A stretch of 64,000 nt of DNA from Planctomycetota bacterium (GTDB lineage Bacteria; Planctomycetota; SZUA-567; H5-PLA8), in assembly GCA_038227045.1 (NCBI GenBank), contig JBBRQD010000010.1:2868-66867 (forward strand), in the 5' to 3' direction. The notes below the pieces were generated by a model, which was given only the letters and a program-made list of their open reading frames with translations, had not been told where the DNA came from and searched no databases. Positions 1-8,738 of the stretch are shown here, piece by piece. The stretch's first letter is position 1; each line of letters opens with the position of its first letter. The position numbers were made by a program, and so were the translations under genes.

Positions 1-10
1 AGCGAGCGGC

Positions 11-1870
11 GTGAGAGAAGGCGTTCGAATTCGCAAGAGATACGACGGCGCGTCAATCGCCGAAAAGGCGCACTACCCGCGCGCTACTTCTTCGAACGGG
101 AAACTCGTTTGGATCATCGGCGGCTCGGCAGCGGCGATGCTTGCATTCGCCTTCGTGTTCTCCCACAGCCAAAGCTCCAGCAAGGCGGTCGTCGCACGCT
201 CGACTACTGCTGAACCGATCACGCTGAAAATTACCGTATCCGGGAGCGTGACCGCCATATCACTTGATAAAAGCGGGGGCGAGAAAAGAGCGTCGGATGG
301 CACTCCGAAACCGGCCGACACCGATGAAAAATCCTTGCGCGCGGAAGCACAGGGGAAGGCTGGCGGCTTGTTTGCGAGTCTGCAGGCCGGCGCCAACAAT
401 CAGAGTGCGAATGCCCCCGCCGCACAGAACCAGGCTGCGAATCCGAGCGCGAAGGCCGAGGTCGAATTGAATGACGCCAAAGCGTTCACAGCCGCGGCGC
501 AATCGATGGGCGATTTCGAAGCGCGTTTCAAGGCATTGCAGCCGTTGATCGACGCCGAAAAATATTCGGACGCCGAGAATCTGCTGAACGGGCTGTCCAA
601 AGATTTTTCACCAGAGCCGTGGTGGACGAAACACGCGGATCGCGTGACCAAAGCTCAAGCAACAGTCCGTGGAAAAAATGACGAGCTCGAACAACGGGCG
701 CGCGCTGCCGTCGCACAGGCCCAGGGCTCGGCGAAGAAAGAGCAGTTGGACGGATTCGAAAACGACTGGAAAGGGAAACTGGCCAGCGGCGGATCGGCGG
801 CCAAAGCGGCACAGCAGGTTCTGGATGCGGTGCGCGCCTCGCGCGACCGGCTCGCCAAGGGCGATAACGACGGTCGAGCCAAGATCCTCGCTGACACCTT
901 CGAAAAGCTTGAAAAGCGAACGCAGCCCAAATTGTCCAAAGCGGACCTCGAATACGCGCTGAAGGCGCTGAACGACCTCAAAACGCAACTGGTTTCCGAT
1001 CCGGCGTTGGCGGAGAAATTCTCCGACCGGTGGGCGGCGTTGAGTTTCGATTTAAATTTATCGCGCGGCGCCGAGCAGGCGCTGTTCCATGTCGAACCCA
1101 GCGGCAACGGCCCCAGCGACGTGAATTACGATTTTAAAAATGCCGACCAGGTTGCCGCATGGAGTTTCGAAGGCGACGGCGCGAATTCCGGAAGCATCGA
1201 CTACGACGATGCCGCAAAACTGCTGGTGCTGAAAGCCGTCGGCGAACACCAACTGGATCCGCGAAGCGGAAAGCGCGTTCCGATGGCGACGCTGCCCTTC
1301 TATTTCAATCCCGGCGCCGCATGGGCGTTCGAAGCCGAAGCGGGCGTCTTGAAGGTCCATGCGCACGAAAAGAAAGATCAGCTTCCAAGCTTCGGAATTC
1401 TGGTTTCGGACGGCGGCACCAATGTGATTCGACTGAGCGTCAAGGAATGCAGGAAAAATGAGCTGTGCGTTTCCGGACGGGGCGCATGCGACGAAAAGGA
1501 AACTACGGGCCATCTGCCCGGGAAACAGGAAGACAAGATTCGGTTTCGCATGGTGTGCAGCAGCGGCCGAATTTCGTTTACCGCGACGAGCAGCGCCAAA
1601 CCGATTGAGCTGGGACGGATGCCGATCGGTTTCGAGCCCAAGTTTGTGGGCTTGTACATCGAGACTCACGACAAGGAAGAGAATGCCAGCATCGCCTTCG
1701 ACAACGTCAAAATCTCAGGCATGATGGATAAAGCAAAGATCGGCGCTGTAATCAATGCCCGCCGTTCGGAAGCCGTCAACGCCGTCAAAGCCGAGTTAGG
1801 CAAGACGAACAAACCCAACCAGCCGGTTCAATTTATTCCTCCATCGGTTCCATTCATTCCGAAGAAATAG
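11..1870 (+). CDS. hypothetical membrane-anchored protein (N-terminal TM helix, Ala/Lys/Glu-rich helical region, beta-rich C-terminal domain)
   Basis: 619-aa ORF from GTG 11. The frame is open to the window edge, so the true start may lie upstream. Hydrophobic segment LVWIIGGSAAAMLAFAFVF near the N-terminus. No catalytic motif recognised. Confidence 0.5.
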   Translation: MREGVRIRKRYDGASIAEKAHYPRATSSNGKLVWIIGGSAAAMLAFAFVFSHSQSSSKAVVARSTTAEPITLKITVSGSVTAISLDKSGGEKRASDGTPKPADTDEKSLRAEAQGKAGGLFASLQAGANNQSANAPAAQNQAANPSAKAEVELNDAKAFTAAAQSMGDFEARFKALQPLIDAEKYSDAENLLNGLSKDFSPEPWWTKHADRVTKAQATVRGKNDELEQRARAAVAQAQGSAKKEQLDGFENDWKGKLASGGSAAKAAQQVLDAVRASRDRLAKGDNDGRAKILADTFEKLEKRTQPKLSKADLEYALKALNDLKTQLVSDPALAEKFSDRWAALSFDLNLSRGAEQALFHVEPSGNGPSDVNYDFKNADQVAAWSFEGDGANSGSIDYDDAAKLLVLKAVGEHQLDPRSGKRVPMATLPFYFNPGAAWAFEAEAGVLKVHAHEKKDQLPSFGILVSDGGTNVIRLSVKECRKNELCVSGRGACDEKETTGHLPGKQEDKIRFRMVCSSGRISFTATSSAKPIELGRMPIGFEPKFVGLYIETHDKEENASIAFDNVKISGMMDKAKIGAVINARRSEAVNAVKAELGKTNKPNQPVQFIPPSVPFIPKK

Positions 1871-1953
1871 ATCGCCAATACAAATTGCCTGATTGAATTC
1901 GCCGTACAAACCGTTTAAATTGCGTTGACACTTTTTCATCGAAAGGGCCGGTC

Positions 1954-2481
1954 ATGCTGCACGCCATTCGAATTAATGCCATGCTGAGCGTTGTGATCGC
2001 CTTCGCCAGTTGTGGCGAAGAAAAAAAGGAAGTCGACACGAATTTCGATAACTACAAGCCGCTTTCCGCGGCAATTGAAAAAGCGGGCAAAGTTACGCTT
2101 TACGAAGGCACTCCGCGAGAACGCCGGGATGGAAAACCGGTAGAAGGAAAAGTGATCAAGCTGCATGACTTCGCTTTTTTTGAAAAGCAGCCGGTGTTAA
2201 AGGACGAAGACGCCAAAAGCCTGACGAAGCTATTTTGCGCCAAGGACTCATTCGGAAAATGGGAGGGATATAAGAAGTGCGGCGGATATCACCCCGATTT
2301 TTGCATCGAATGGAAAAACGGCGACGATGCGTATCAAGTGCTGGTCTGTCTTGGATGCCATGAAGTCAAATGCTTCGGCCCGAAAGCTGAATTGTATTGC
2401 GACATCAACTCGGATGCGTATAAGCAGTTTTCGGAAATACTGACGCGCTACTATGCGCCAAATAATAAATCGAAAGACTGA
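1954..2481 (+). CDS. hypothetical Cys-rich lipoprotein
   Basis: 175-aa ORF with a lipobox-like signal peptide (VVIAFASC followed by GEEKK). Cysteine pairs CGGYHPDFC and CLGCHEVKC. No family recognised. Confidence 0.5.
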   Translation: MLHAIRINAMLSVVIAFASCGEEKKEVDTNFDNYKPLSAAIEKAGKVTLYEGTPRERRDGKPVEGKVIKLHDFAFFEKQPVLKDEDAKSLTKLFCAKDSFGKWEGYKKCGGYHPDFCIEWKNGDDAYQVLVCLGCHEVKCFGPKAELYCDINSDAYKQFSEILTRYYAPNNKSKD

Positions 2482-2545
2482 GCGCACGGCGAAGCTAGGC
2501 TCATTCTAACCACCTTTCACCACCACCACCACCACTACCTTCGCC

Positions 2546-3754
2546 ATGAAAAGGACCGCCCAAATGCCGATCGACCGCGCAACAATTGTGGCCGCCGCCG
2601 AAGCGCGCCGCGAAATGGTGACGACGCTGCTGAGCGAGTTGATTCAGCTCGACACCGTCAATCCGCCTGGCAACGAAAAGATCGCTGCCGAATACGTTGG
2701 CAAATTCTGCGCCGCGCGCGGAATTCCGTTCAAGACGTACGACCCCGGCGCGGGGCGCACGAGTCTCATTGGCGAGATTGGCAGCGGCGCAAGCCCGCGC
2801 CTCTTTATCCCCGCGCATACCGACGTGGTGCCGGTCGGCGAGGGCTGGAGCGTGCCGCCGCTGGGCGGTGTAGTGAAAGACGGCTACGTCTGGGGGCGCG
2901 GCGCGACGGACGACAAAGGCCCGCTCGCCGGACTGCTCGCCGCCGCGGATTATTTAAAGACGGTCGAAGGCGAATTCAAAGGCACGCTGATGATCGGCGC
3001 GATCGCCGACGAAGAGCACGGCTCCGATCTGGGCTTGGACTGGCTGCTGAAAGAATGCGACGTCAAAGCCGACATGGCGTTCGTTCCGGATATTCCCAGC
3101 CACATGGCGGAAGTGGAAATCGCGGAGAAAGGCTTGGTCAATATCCGAGTCACCTTCCACGGAAAGCAGGCACATTCGAGCACGCCGTGGGACGGGGTTT
3201 CGGCGCTGAGCGCTCTGGCCGAAATGATTTACCTCACCGAAGCGTGGAAACCGAACGGCAGCGACATCAAGCATCCGCTGCTGACGCCGACGACCTGCGT
3301 CGTGGCCAAAGCCGATGCGGGAATCGCGCACAACATCGTGCCGGGAAAAGCCACCGCCGTGTATAATCTGCGCTACCTGCCGCACCAGACGGGCACCGGC
3401 ATCACTCAGGAATTGCGCCGCATGGCCGAACAGATCGCGTCGCGCCGCAAGGGTGTCACGGTCGAAGTCGAGAAATTCGCGGAACTGGCGCCATCGGAAG
3501 TAAAGTCCGATCAGCCGGTCGCTCAGGCGTTGTATGGGGCGATCCACGAAATCACCGGCAAGGAGCCCAAATTCGTGGGCATCGGCGGAGCGACGCTGTG
3601 CAAACAATTGATCTGGGCCGGCATCCCGGCGGCGGCATTCGGCCCCGGCGACCACAACATGCCGCACATGGCGGACGAACGCATTTCGGTGGATGAATTG
3701 GTAAAGTACACGGCGGTGGTGATTGGCGCGACGCTGCGGGCTGTGGGTAAATAA
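2546..3754 (+). CDS. M20-family metallopeptidase (ArgE/DapE/acetylornithine deacetylase-like)
   Basis: 402-aa ORF carrying M20 motifs HTDVVP, GRGATDDKG and ADEEHGS. Confidence 0.8.
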   Translation: MKRTAQMPIDRATIVAAAEARREMVTTLLSELIQLDTVNPPGNEKIAAEYVGKFCAARGIPFKTYDPGAGRTSLIGEIGSGASPRLFIPAHTDVVPVGEGWSVPPLGGVVKDGYVWGRGATDDKGPLAGLLAAADYLKTVEGEFKGTLMIGAIADEEHGSDLGLDWLLKECDVKADMAFVPDIPSHMAEVEIAEKGLVNIRVTFHGKQAHSSTPWDGVSALSALAEMIYLTEAWKPNGSDIKHPLLTPTTCVVAKADAGIAHNIVPGKATAVYNLRYLPHQTGTGITQELRRMAEQIASRRKGVTVEVEKFAELAPSEVKSDQPVAQALYGAIHEITGKEPKFVGIGGATLCKQLIWAGIPAAAFGPGDHNMPHMADERISVDELVKYTAVVIGATLRAVGK

Positions 3755-3800
3755 AGAAGGATGAATTAGGAAGGATGAAGGATGAACTAAAGACATTCAT
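3741..3800. repeat. direct repeat copy 1 (last codons and stop of the M20 gene plus the left half of a terminator hairpin)
   Basis: The sequence ctgtgggtaaataaagaaggatgaa...ggatgaactaaagacattcat recurs at 4471-4516. The differences are a 14-nt indel and one substitution. Confidence 0.85.
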
Positions 3801-4010
3801 TTCATCAGCAGAAATCCGATGGCGTTCCATTTCGTGAGTGGCTAATAGAATCAACGCGTTTGGGTTAATTGGACGGCTTGGGAGGGATTTCTTGTCGCTG
3901 ATACGACCCACCCCAGCAAGCAGCATTGGGCCACCCGCCAAACTCATTGTTTATCACAAGTTTGTGTTTGAATGGCAAAATACGGCCAAAACAAATTTCC
4001 TGTCTGGAGG
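3791..4010 (+). pseudogene. decayed RelE/ParE-superfamily (HigB-like addiction-module killer) toxin remnant
   Basis: One frame reads HQQKSDGVPFREWLIESTRLG then a stop (3803-3868). A second frame continues RINAFGLIGRLGRDFLSLIRPTPASSIGPPAKLIVYH...FLSGGK. This resembles, from memory, the DG.PF.EWL / GPGYR[IV]YF / LL.GGDK pattern of that family. There is no start codon and at least one frameshift. Confidence 0.35.
3897..3913. repeat. 17-bp inverted repeat, left copy (partner at 4454-4470)
   Basis: gctgatacgacccaccc at 3897-3913 is the exact reverse complement of gggtgggtcgtatcagc at 4454-4470. Confidence 0.9.
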
Positions 4011-4016
4011 AAAGAT

Positions 4017-4352
4017 ATGCCTATTTCGAATTTAAGCGATATTGTAACCCATCTTGAAGCAGAGACAGGTGCCGATCCAACGGTGCTTTGGTATTCAGAT
4101 TCCGATCACGATGATGATGTAACCGTGACTGCAAACCACGCCGGTTACCTTGTTCTTGCATCTCTTTTTATTCGAGCGACGGTAGGCCAATCAAACTCAA
4201 TACCTGAAAAACCAACCGCCTACCACTTCTTTACTAACAATAATATTGATCGGGTCGGGCTGCCTCATTGCCGGGACAGTTGTGAATGGCACATAGTTAA
4301 GGACGATGCACACGTGCAATGCGTGGGAGCGGAGTCGCCAAAAGCGGCTTAA
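4017..4352 (+). CDS. orphan hypothetical protein in a low-GC islet
   Basis: ORF track gives 3972-4352. ATG 4017 is preceded by tggagga (SD-like) at a 5-6 nt spacing. GC is visibly lower than the flanks. Acidic N-terminal half (SDSDHDDD). No family recognised. Confidence 0.45.
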   Translation: MPISNLSDIVTHLEAETGADPTVLWYSDSDHDDDVTVTANHAGYLVLASLFIRATVGQSNSIPEKPTAYHFFTNNNIDRVGLPHCRDSCEWHIVKDDAHVQCVGAESPKAA

Positions 4353-4453
4353 CTATGCGCCATTCGGGACAGTTGTCATTTATCCCTGGATTCTTGGTAT
4401 TCAACGTATATTATATAAAGGTTAGTTAACAAAACGCATCTTTAAGATTTCGC

Positions 4454-4470
4454 GGGTGGGTCGTATCAGC
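4454..4470. repeat. 17-bp inverted repeat, right copy
   Basis: Exact reverse complement of 3897-3913. It abuts direct repeat copy 2. Confidence 0.9.
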
Positions 4471-4516
4471 CTGTGGGTAAATAAAGAAGGATGAAGGATG
4501 AACTAAAGGCATTCAT
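4471..4516. repeat. direct repeat copy 2
   Basis: ctgtgggtaaataaagaaggatgaaggatgaactaaaggcattcat duplicates 3741-3800, including the pseudo stop-codon context gtgggtaaataa. Confidence 0.85.
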
Positions 4517-4527
4517 CCTTCATCCTT
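4487..4527. terminator. perfect 16-bp hairpin (aaggatgaaggatgaa / ttcatccttcatcctt), likely bidirectional terminator
   Basis: The arms at 4487-4502 and 4512-4527 are exact reverse complements with a 9-nt loop. It lies 18 nt from the stop of the minus-strand S53 gene. Confidence 0.55.
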
Positions 4528-4544
4528 CCTCATTCATCCTTTAA

Positions 4545-7500
4545 TTAAAATCCTTTACCCATTCTCCCCGCGACGGCCCTGTAGAAGAACGAGTAGGTGC
4601 CGCCGTATACCTGATTGCCGACTTCTATGGACAGCGGGATCTGAATCGTCGTCCCATTGGTTGTTTGGTTGGTGGCGCCATACGGAGCCAGCAGGCTTTG
4701 CAGGGACGCGTACCGTGTTGCATATTCGATTATCCCAAATCGCGAATTTACGGTGAATTTTCCAAATTGACCATAGCCTCTGTTTCGGAACAGGACGGCG
4801 GAGTCCACTACCTGGCCGCCGACCTGAACGCTGACTGTCTGGCCGTCGTTCAACGCTCTAAAATCGCTGTTTAAGAGGGCGATATCCAGCGTGACGATCC
4901 CGCGCGCAAAATTAAGGGTAAACGATTTCTTCACCGCGATGGAGTTATTTCCTCCTCCTCCGCCGCCTCCACCGACGCTCACATTGACCGTCACGCTGCC
5001 TGAAACCGAGCCGCCTTGTCCGTCCGATACGGTGACGCTCACGGTATATGTACCTGCTGCGGTATAGGTATGCGTCGGCGACGTTCCTGTGTTCGTGCCC
5101 GCATCTCCAAAATTCCATGCGTAGGCCAGGGTGTCGCCGTTGGCATCGGTCGCCGCGGCGCTGAAGGTTACGGGCGTGTTAACACCCGGCGCCAAAGGCG
5201 CGAAGGTGGGCCCGGAGACGATAACCGGCGGCGTGTTGTTCGCATTTCCACCCGTCACGGTGATCTGAGTCGGGAAGTAGAAGAAATTATCGTTCTCGTT
5301 GCTTTCGCTCACTTGCCCGAGCGCATCGATGGACCAGACCAGGTAGTACTTTCCCGCTGGAACATTCGGGCACGTTCCCGACCACGCCGCCACGGCAGTC
5401 GCGCCCGAGGCCAGCGAATTGACGGACGCGTCGCCGAGCAGCGTATCGGTGGCCGCGGAATAGGCCGTATCCGTTGAAAGACGATAGCGGACGACGAAGG
5501 CACCGGCATTCGCTCCAGTGCAGAGCACGCCGCTGCTGACATTCATGCTTGCTCCCGCCGCGATTGTCGCCGGAGCGGCAACCGCTGTGTTTGGATCGAG
5601 GGTTAAATTGGGCAGCGTGCTCACAGCCGTGACGGTGATCTGTGTGGCGCGAAAAAAGAAATTATCGTTCTCGTTGCTCTCGGCGACCTGGCCCAGCGGA
5701 TCAATCGACCAGACAAGGTAGTACGTGCCGGGCGTTACGTTCGGGCACACGCCGTTCCATAAGGCGGTGGCCGTGGCACCCGCTGTCAGTCCGTTCACGT
5801 TCGCGTCGCCAAGCAAGGTATCCGTAGCTGGCGAATAGGTCGAATCCGTCGAGAGCCTGTAGCGCACGACGAACTGCCCGGCGGTACCCGTGTCGTTGTT
5901 GATGACGCCAGTGGCGATGGTCATGACATCGCCGATCGCCACAGTATTCGGCGAGACGATCGGAGCCTGCGGATCCAGTGTCAGGTTCGGCTGGCCCGTG
6001 CCCGTTCCGGCGGTGACGGTGATTTGAGTTTGAGCGAAGAAGACGTTGTCGTTTTCATTGCTTTCGGCGACCGCGCCCAGCGCGTCAATGTACCACACCA
6101 AATAATAGTTTCCCGGCGTAACGTTGGGGCAAACGCCGGTGAACGACGCGCTTGATTTGCCATTCACGGCGAGGCCATTGGAGATCAACGCGTCGCCGAG
6201 CAGCGCGTCGGCGGCGTCGAAATTCGTGTCCGTGGACAGACTGTAACGAACGGTAAATGAGCCGGAAGCGGCCGTTCCATTGTTGATCACGCTCGAACTT
6301 ACCGTGATGTTACCCCCCACGGCGACGGTCGCGGGAGCCGTGACGCCCGTGGAAACATCCAGAGTCAGATTGGGCTGGCCGTTTCCGCCGCCGGACGGGG
6401 CGAGCGTTTGAATCAACACCGCAACGTTCGGCGCGCCAATTCCAGTGCAAAGATCGAAGCCCGCCGTGGCATTGTAGACGCCGTTAGTGCCGTTATTGCC
6501 TGTCGTAATATCTCTGAAATTCGACGTTCCCAGCAGCGGATAAATCTTCGATCCGAGCGACCCGACCGGGGCCAGTGCCGCATTGGCGCGCGCCTGGTTG
6601 ATCAGCGCGCAGAAACCCGCGAACATCGGCGCGCTCCAGCTCGTGCCGCCGTATTGCTGGCTCTGTCCGCCGAGCACGACCAGGCAGCCGGTGTTCGGAT
6701 CCGCGGCCGTCGCCACGTCGGGAACACAGCGCTTCGTACCGGCAGGCACGCCTGAGCCTGTTTGCCACGCGGGCCGGTTGAATTGAATGCTCACGCCGCC
6801 GCCACCGTCAAACCACGCGGATTCGCTGCTCACCACTCCGGTGTTGGCGCTCAAGAACAGGCTGGTGCCACCTACTGCAATAACGTTGGGATCGGAGGCC
6901 GGCGTTTCCACCTGAACCGGTCCGGTGTGATCGTGACCGCTCGCCCCAGGTGACGAACCGCCGTCGCCGGATGAAACAAACACAGTGACGCCGCCCGCCG
7001 CGAGGCTCGAGAAATATTGCGAGTCAGTCTGCATCTGGCTCACCGACGCGTTCGTTTCTCCCAATCCGTAACTCAACGAAACCTGGCGCAAACCGGGCTG
7101 CGTCGGCAGGTCGTTGAGGATCCTCTGGTAGCACAGATCCAGATTGGTGAATGACAGCGTTTTCGACGCATACACACGCACCTTCGCGCCAGCCGCGATG
7201 CCGCTGGTCCACTCGACATCCAGCGATTCTTCGCCCGATGGAGCCGGCAGCGTGCCGCTCACGACTTGAATGAAGGAGATATTGTTCAGCGATTGGCTGA
7301 CACCGGCGGCGGTCCAAAACGCGGTCAAATCGCTGGTGCTGGGAAAGGTATCGATGACGATGCCGATGGTCTGTCCCGCGCCGTTGACGGTCAGGCCATT
7401 CGCGTTGTAGGCCTTGAGAATTTCAGAGGGCTTGAAAGGCGGCGCGTTTCCTGTCGCAGGAGTGGGCTGCAGCGCCTGGTGAACACTGTGCTTGTGCGGC

Positions 7501-8054
7501 TGGACGTGGGGTTGAAGCCCGTTGATTCCCAGCACCGGCACCGCCACCGCGGCGGGAAGACTCGGGGCCGTCGTCGCGGATGTAAAGGTCTCTCCGCGCG
7601 CCGCGACTTTCGTGAAATTGACCTGCAGCGCCTGCTGCACTTGAGCGACCGTTCCTCTGGCGAGAATTCCCAGGCGGCAGGAATCGGTGCTGACGATCGT
7701 GAAACCCTGGCCCGTGAGCCATTCGACCTGCACCTGATAGTCGGCGGCCAGCGGGTAATATTTTTCGGCCATTTCAGCCGGCGAGATGAGTTCGCCTTTG
7801 GCGACGCGCGCCTGGAGTTCGTCGAAATTTCGCATCTTCAACGACACCATGAATTCCATCGACACAGCCGTATCGGCTGCGGTCATCGCGTCGCGCGACA
7901 TCGCGCCAGCGGAGATGGCATTGACACTGCTTCCAAATACGGTTCGATCTTCTGAATACGACGAGGCTGCGATTCCGGCCAATGCGAACAAGGCCAGAAG
8001 CGAGACTGCGGAGAGACGCCGGGAAACGGCGCGAGTGGTCGAGGCTGATAGCAT
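4545..8054 (-). CDS. secreted S53 (sedolisin/kumamolisin-type) serine peptidase with 3 CARDB repeats, a PKD domain and a C-terminal beta module
   Basis: Start moved to ATG 8054 (MLSASTTRAVSRRLSAVSLLALFALAG signal peptide). Pro-kumamolisin-like prodomain. S53 motifs SGEESLDVEW, SSGDGGS and GGTSWSAPMFAG. Three QPNLTLD...ESNENDN repeats. PKD-like WNFGDAGT...THTYTAAGTYTVSVTVSD. Confidence 0.8.
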   Translation of the reverse strand: MLSASTTRAVSRRLSAVSLLALFALAGIAASSYSEDRTVFGSSVNAISAGAMSRDAMTAADTAVSMEFMVSLKMRNFDELQARVAKGELISPAEMAEKYYPLAADYQVQVEWLTGQGFTIVSTDSCRLGILARGTVAQVQQALQVNFTKVAARGETFTSATTAPSLPAAVAVPVLGINGLQPHVQPHKHSVHQALQPTPATGNAPPFKPSEILKAYNANGLTVNGAGQTIGIVIDTFPSTSDLTAFWTAAGVSQSLNNISFIQVVSGTLPAPSGEESLDVEWTSGIAAGAKVRVYASKTLSFTNLDLCYQRILNDLPTQPGLRQVSLSYGLGETNASVSQMQTDSQYFSSLAAGGVTVFVSSGDGGSSPGASGHDHTGPVQVETPASDPNVIAVGGTSLFLSANTGVVSSESAWFDGGGGVSIQFNRPAWQTGSGVPAGTKRCVPDVATAADPNTGCLVVLGGQSQQYGGTSWSAPMFAGFCALINQARANAALAPVGSLGSKIYPLLGTSNFRDITTGNNGTNGVYNATAGFDLCTGIGAPNVAVLIQTLAPSGGGNGQPNLTLDVSTGVTAPATVAVGGNITVSSSVINNGTAASGSFTVRYSLSTDTNFDAADALLGDALISNGLAVNGKSSASFTGVCPNVTPGNYYLVWYIDALGAVAESNENDNVFFAQTQITVTAGTGTGQPNLTLDPQAPIVSPNTVAIGDVMTIATGVINNDTGTAGQFVVRYRLSTDSTYSPATDTLLGDANVNGLTAGATATALWNGVCPNVTPGTYYLVWSIDPLGQVAESNENDNFFFRATQITVTAVSTLPNLTLDPNTAVAAPATIAAGASMNVSSGVLCTGANAGAFVVRYRLSTDTAYSAATDTLLGDASVNSLASGATAVAAWSGTCPNVPAGKYYLVWSIDALGQVSESNENDNFFYFPTQITVTGGNANNTPPVIVSGPTFAPLAPGVNTPVTFSAAATDANGDTLAYAWNFGDAGTNTGTSPTHTYTAAGTYTVSVTVSDGQGGSVSGSVTVNVSVGGGGGGGGNNSIAVKKSFTLNFARGIVTLDIALLNSDFRALNDGQTVSVQVGGQVVDSAVLFRNRGYGQFGKFTVNSRFGIIEYATRYASLQSLLAPYGATNQTTNGTTIQIPLSIEVGNQVYGGTYSFFYRAVAGRMGKGF
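5255..6385 (-). repeat. three tandem ~375-bp coding repeats (CARDB-like domains) inside the S53 gene
   Basis: Protein repeats (G/T)(Q/L)PNLTLD...CPNV(T/P).G.YYLVW.ID.LG.V.ESNENDN.F occur three times. The similarity is also visible at DNA level (for example, gaaattatcgttctcgttgct occurs twice). Confidence 0.8.
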
Positions 8055-8410
8055 GATGAGATCCTCAATAACGTGAGAACAATGTCTCGATGGGATTTGA
8101 TAATCCCACACCTGCCGTTCAAAATCCGATGCGCGCGAAACATACTCACTGCGTCTGACATTGGCTTCTATACCATCAGACTGCACATTGTGCATTCGTC
8201 CTAACAACAGTTTCCGCTATTCGTCGGAATTTCGATCCAGCGAAATTATGACGAATCGTTTAAGGCACCGATTACGGTAAATTTTGCAAGATTTTAGAAT
8301 TGCGCGATTCGAAATCTTTCACTTTCCTGCGCTCGTCATACTCAAAAAGTTTGCTATACATTCTCCGCAATCATTTAAATCAAATGCATCCATTTCAGAG
8401 GTGTCCGGCC

Positions 8411-8677
8411 ATGTCCTCCCCTTCCTCTCATTCCCAAGACGATCCCGCGCACGAAGACAACGACACGGACATTCATTCGCGCAACGCCCGCTACGGCTTG
8501 ATTCTGTTTTTTCTCTATCTCATTCTATACGGCGGCTTCGTCGGCCTCAGCGCGTTTTCGCGCGACACTATGAAGGAGACATTTGCCGGCATAAACTTGG
8601 CATTGTGGTACGGCATGGGCCTGATCGTCACCGCCTTGGGGCTGGCTGGTATTTACATGGGACTTTGCCGGAAATAA
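8411..8677 (+). CDS. DUF485 (YjcH-like) small inner-membrane protein
   Basis: 88 aa from ATG 8411 with two TM helices. It sits immediately upstream of an ActP-like symporter, the classic yjcH-actP arrangement. Confidence 0.7.
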   Translation: MSSPSSHSQDDPAHEDNDTDIHSRNARYGLILFFLYLILYGGFVGLSAFSRDTMKETFAGINLALWYGMGLIVTALGLAGIYMGLCRK

Positions 8678-8738
8678 GCGGCGCTTACTCCCCCGATTCC
8701 TCCGCCACTACCTGAATTACTAATTCTGGAGACTGTTT

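Noticed and set aside
8055-8207. 51-codon N-terminal extension of the S53 peptidase ORF
   Set aside because: The signal peptide begins at Met 8054. The extension has no export signal and would bury the signal peptide internally.
8219-8256. Imperfect hairpin attcgtcggaatttcg...cgaaattatgacgaat between the S53 and DUF485 genes as an operator or riboswitch
   Set aside because: It is a single copy with mismatches in the stem and no known motif. The evidence is too weak to call more than a possible regulatory hairpin.
8284-8715. 143-aa ORF overlapping the DUF485 gene in another frame
   Set aside because: The DUF485 frame yields two clean TM helices and the expected yjcH-actP synteny. The alternative frame is Arg/Ser-rich.
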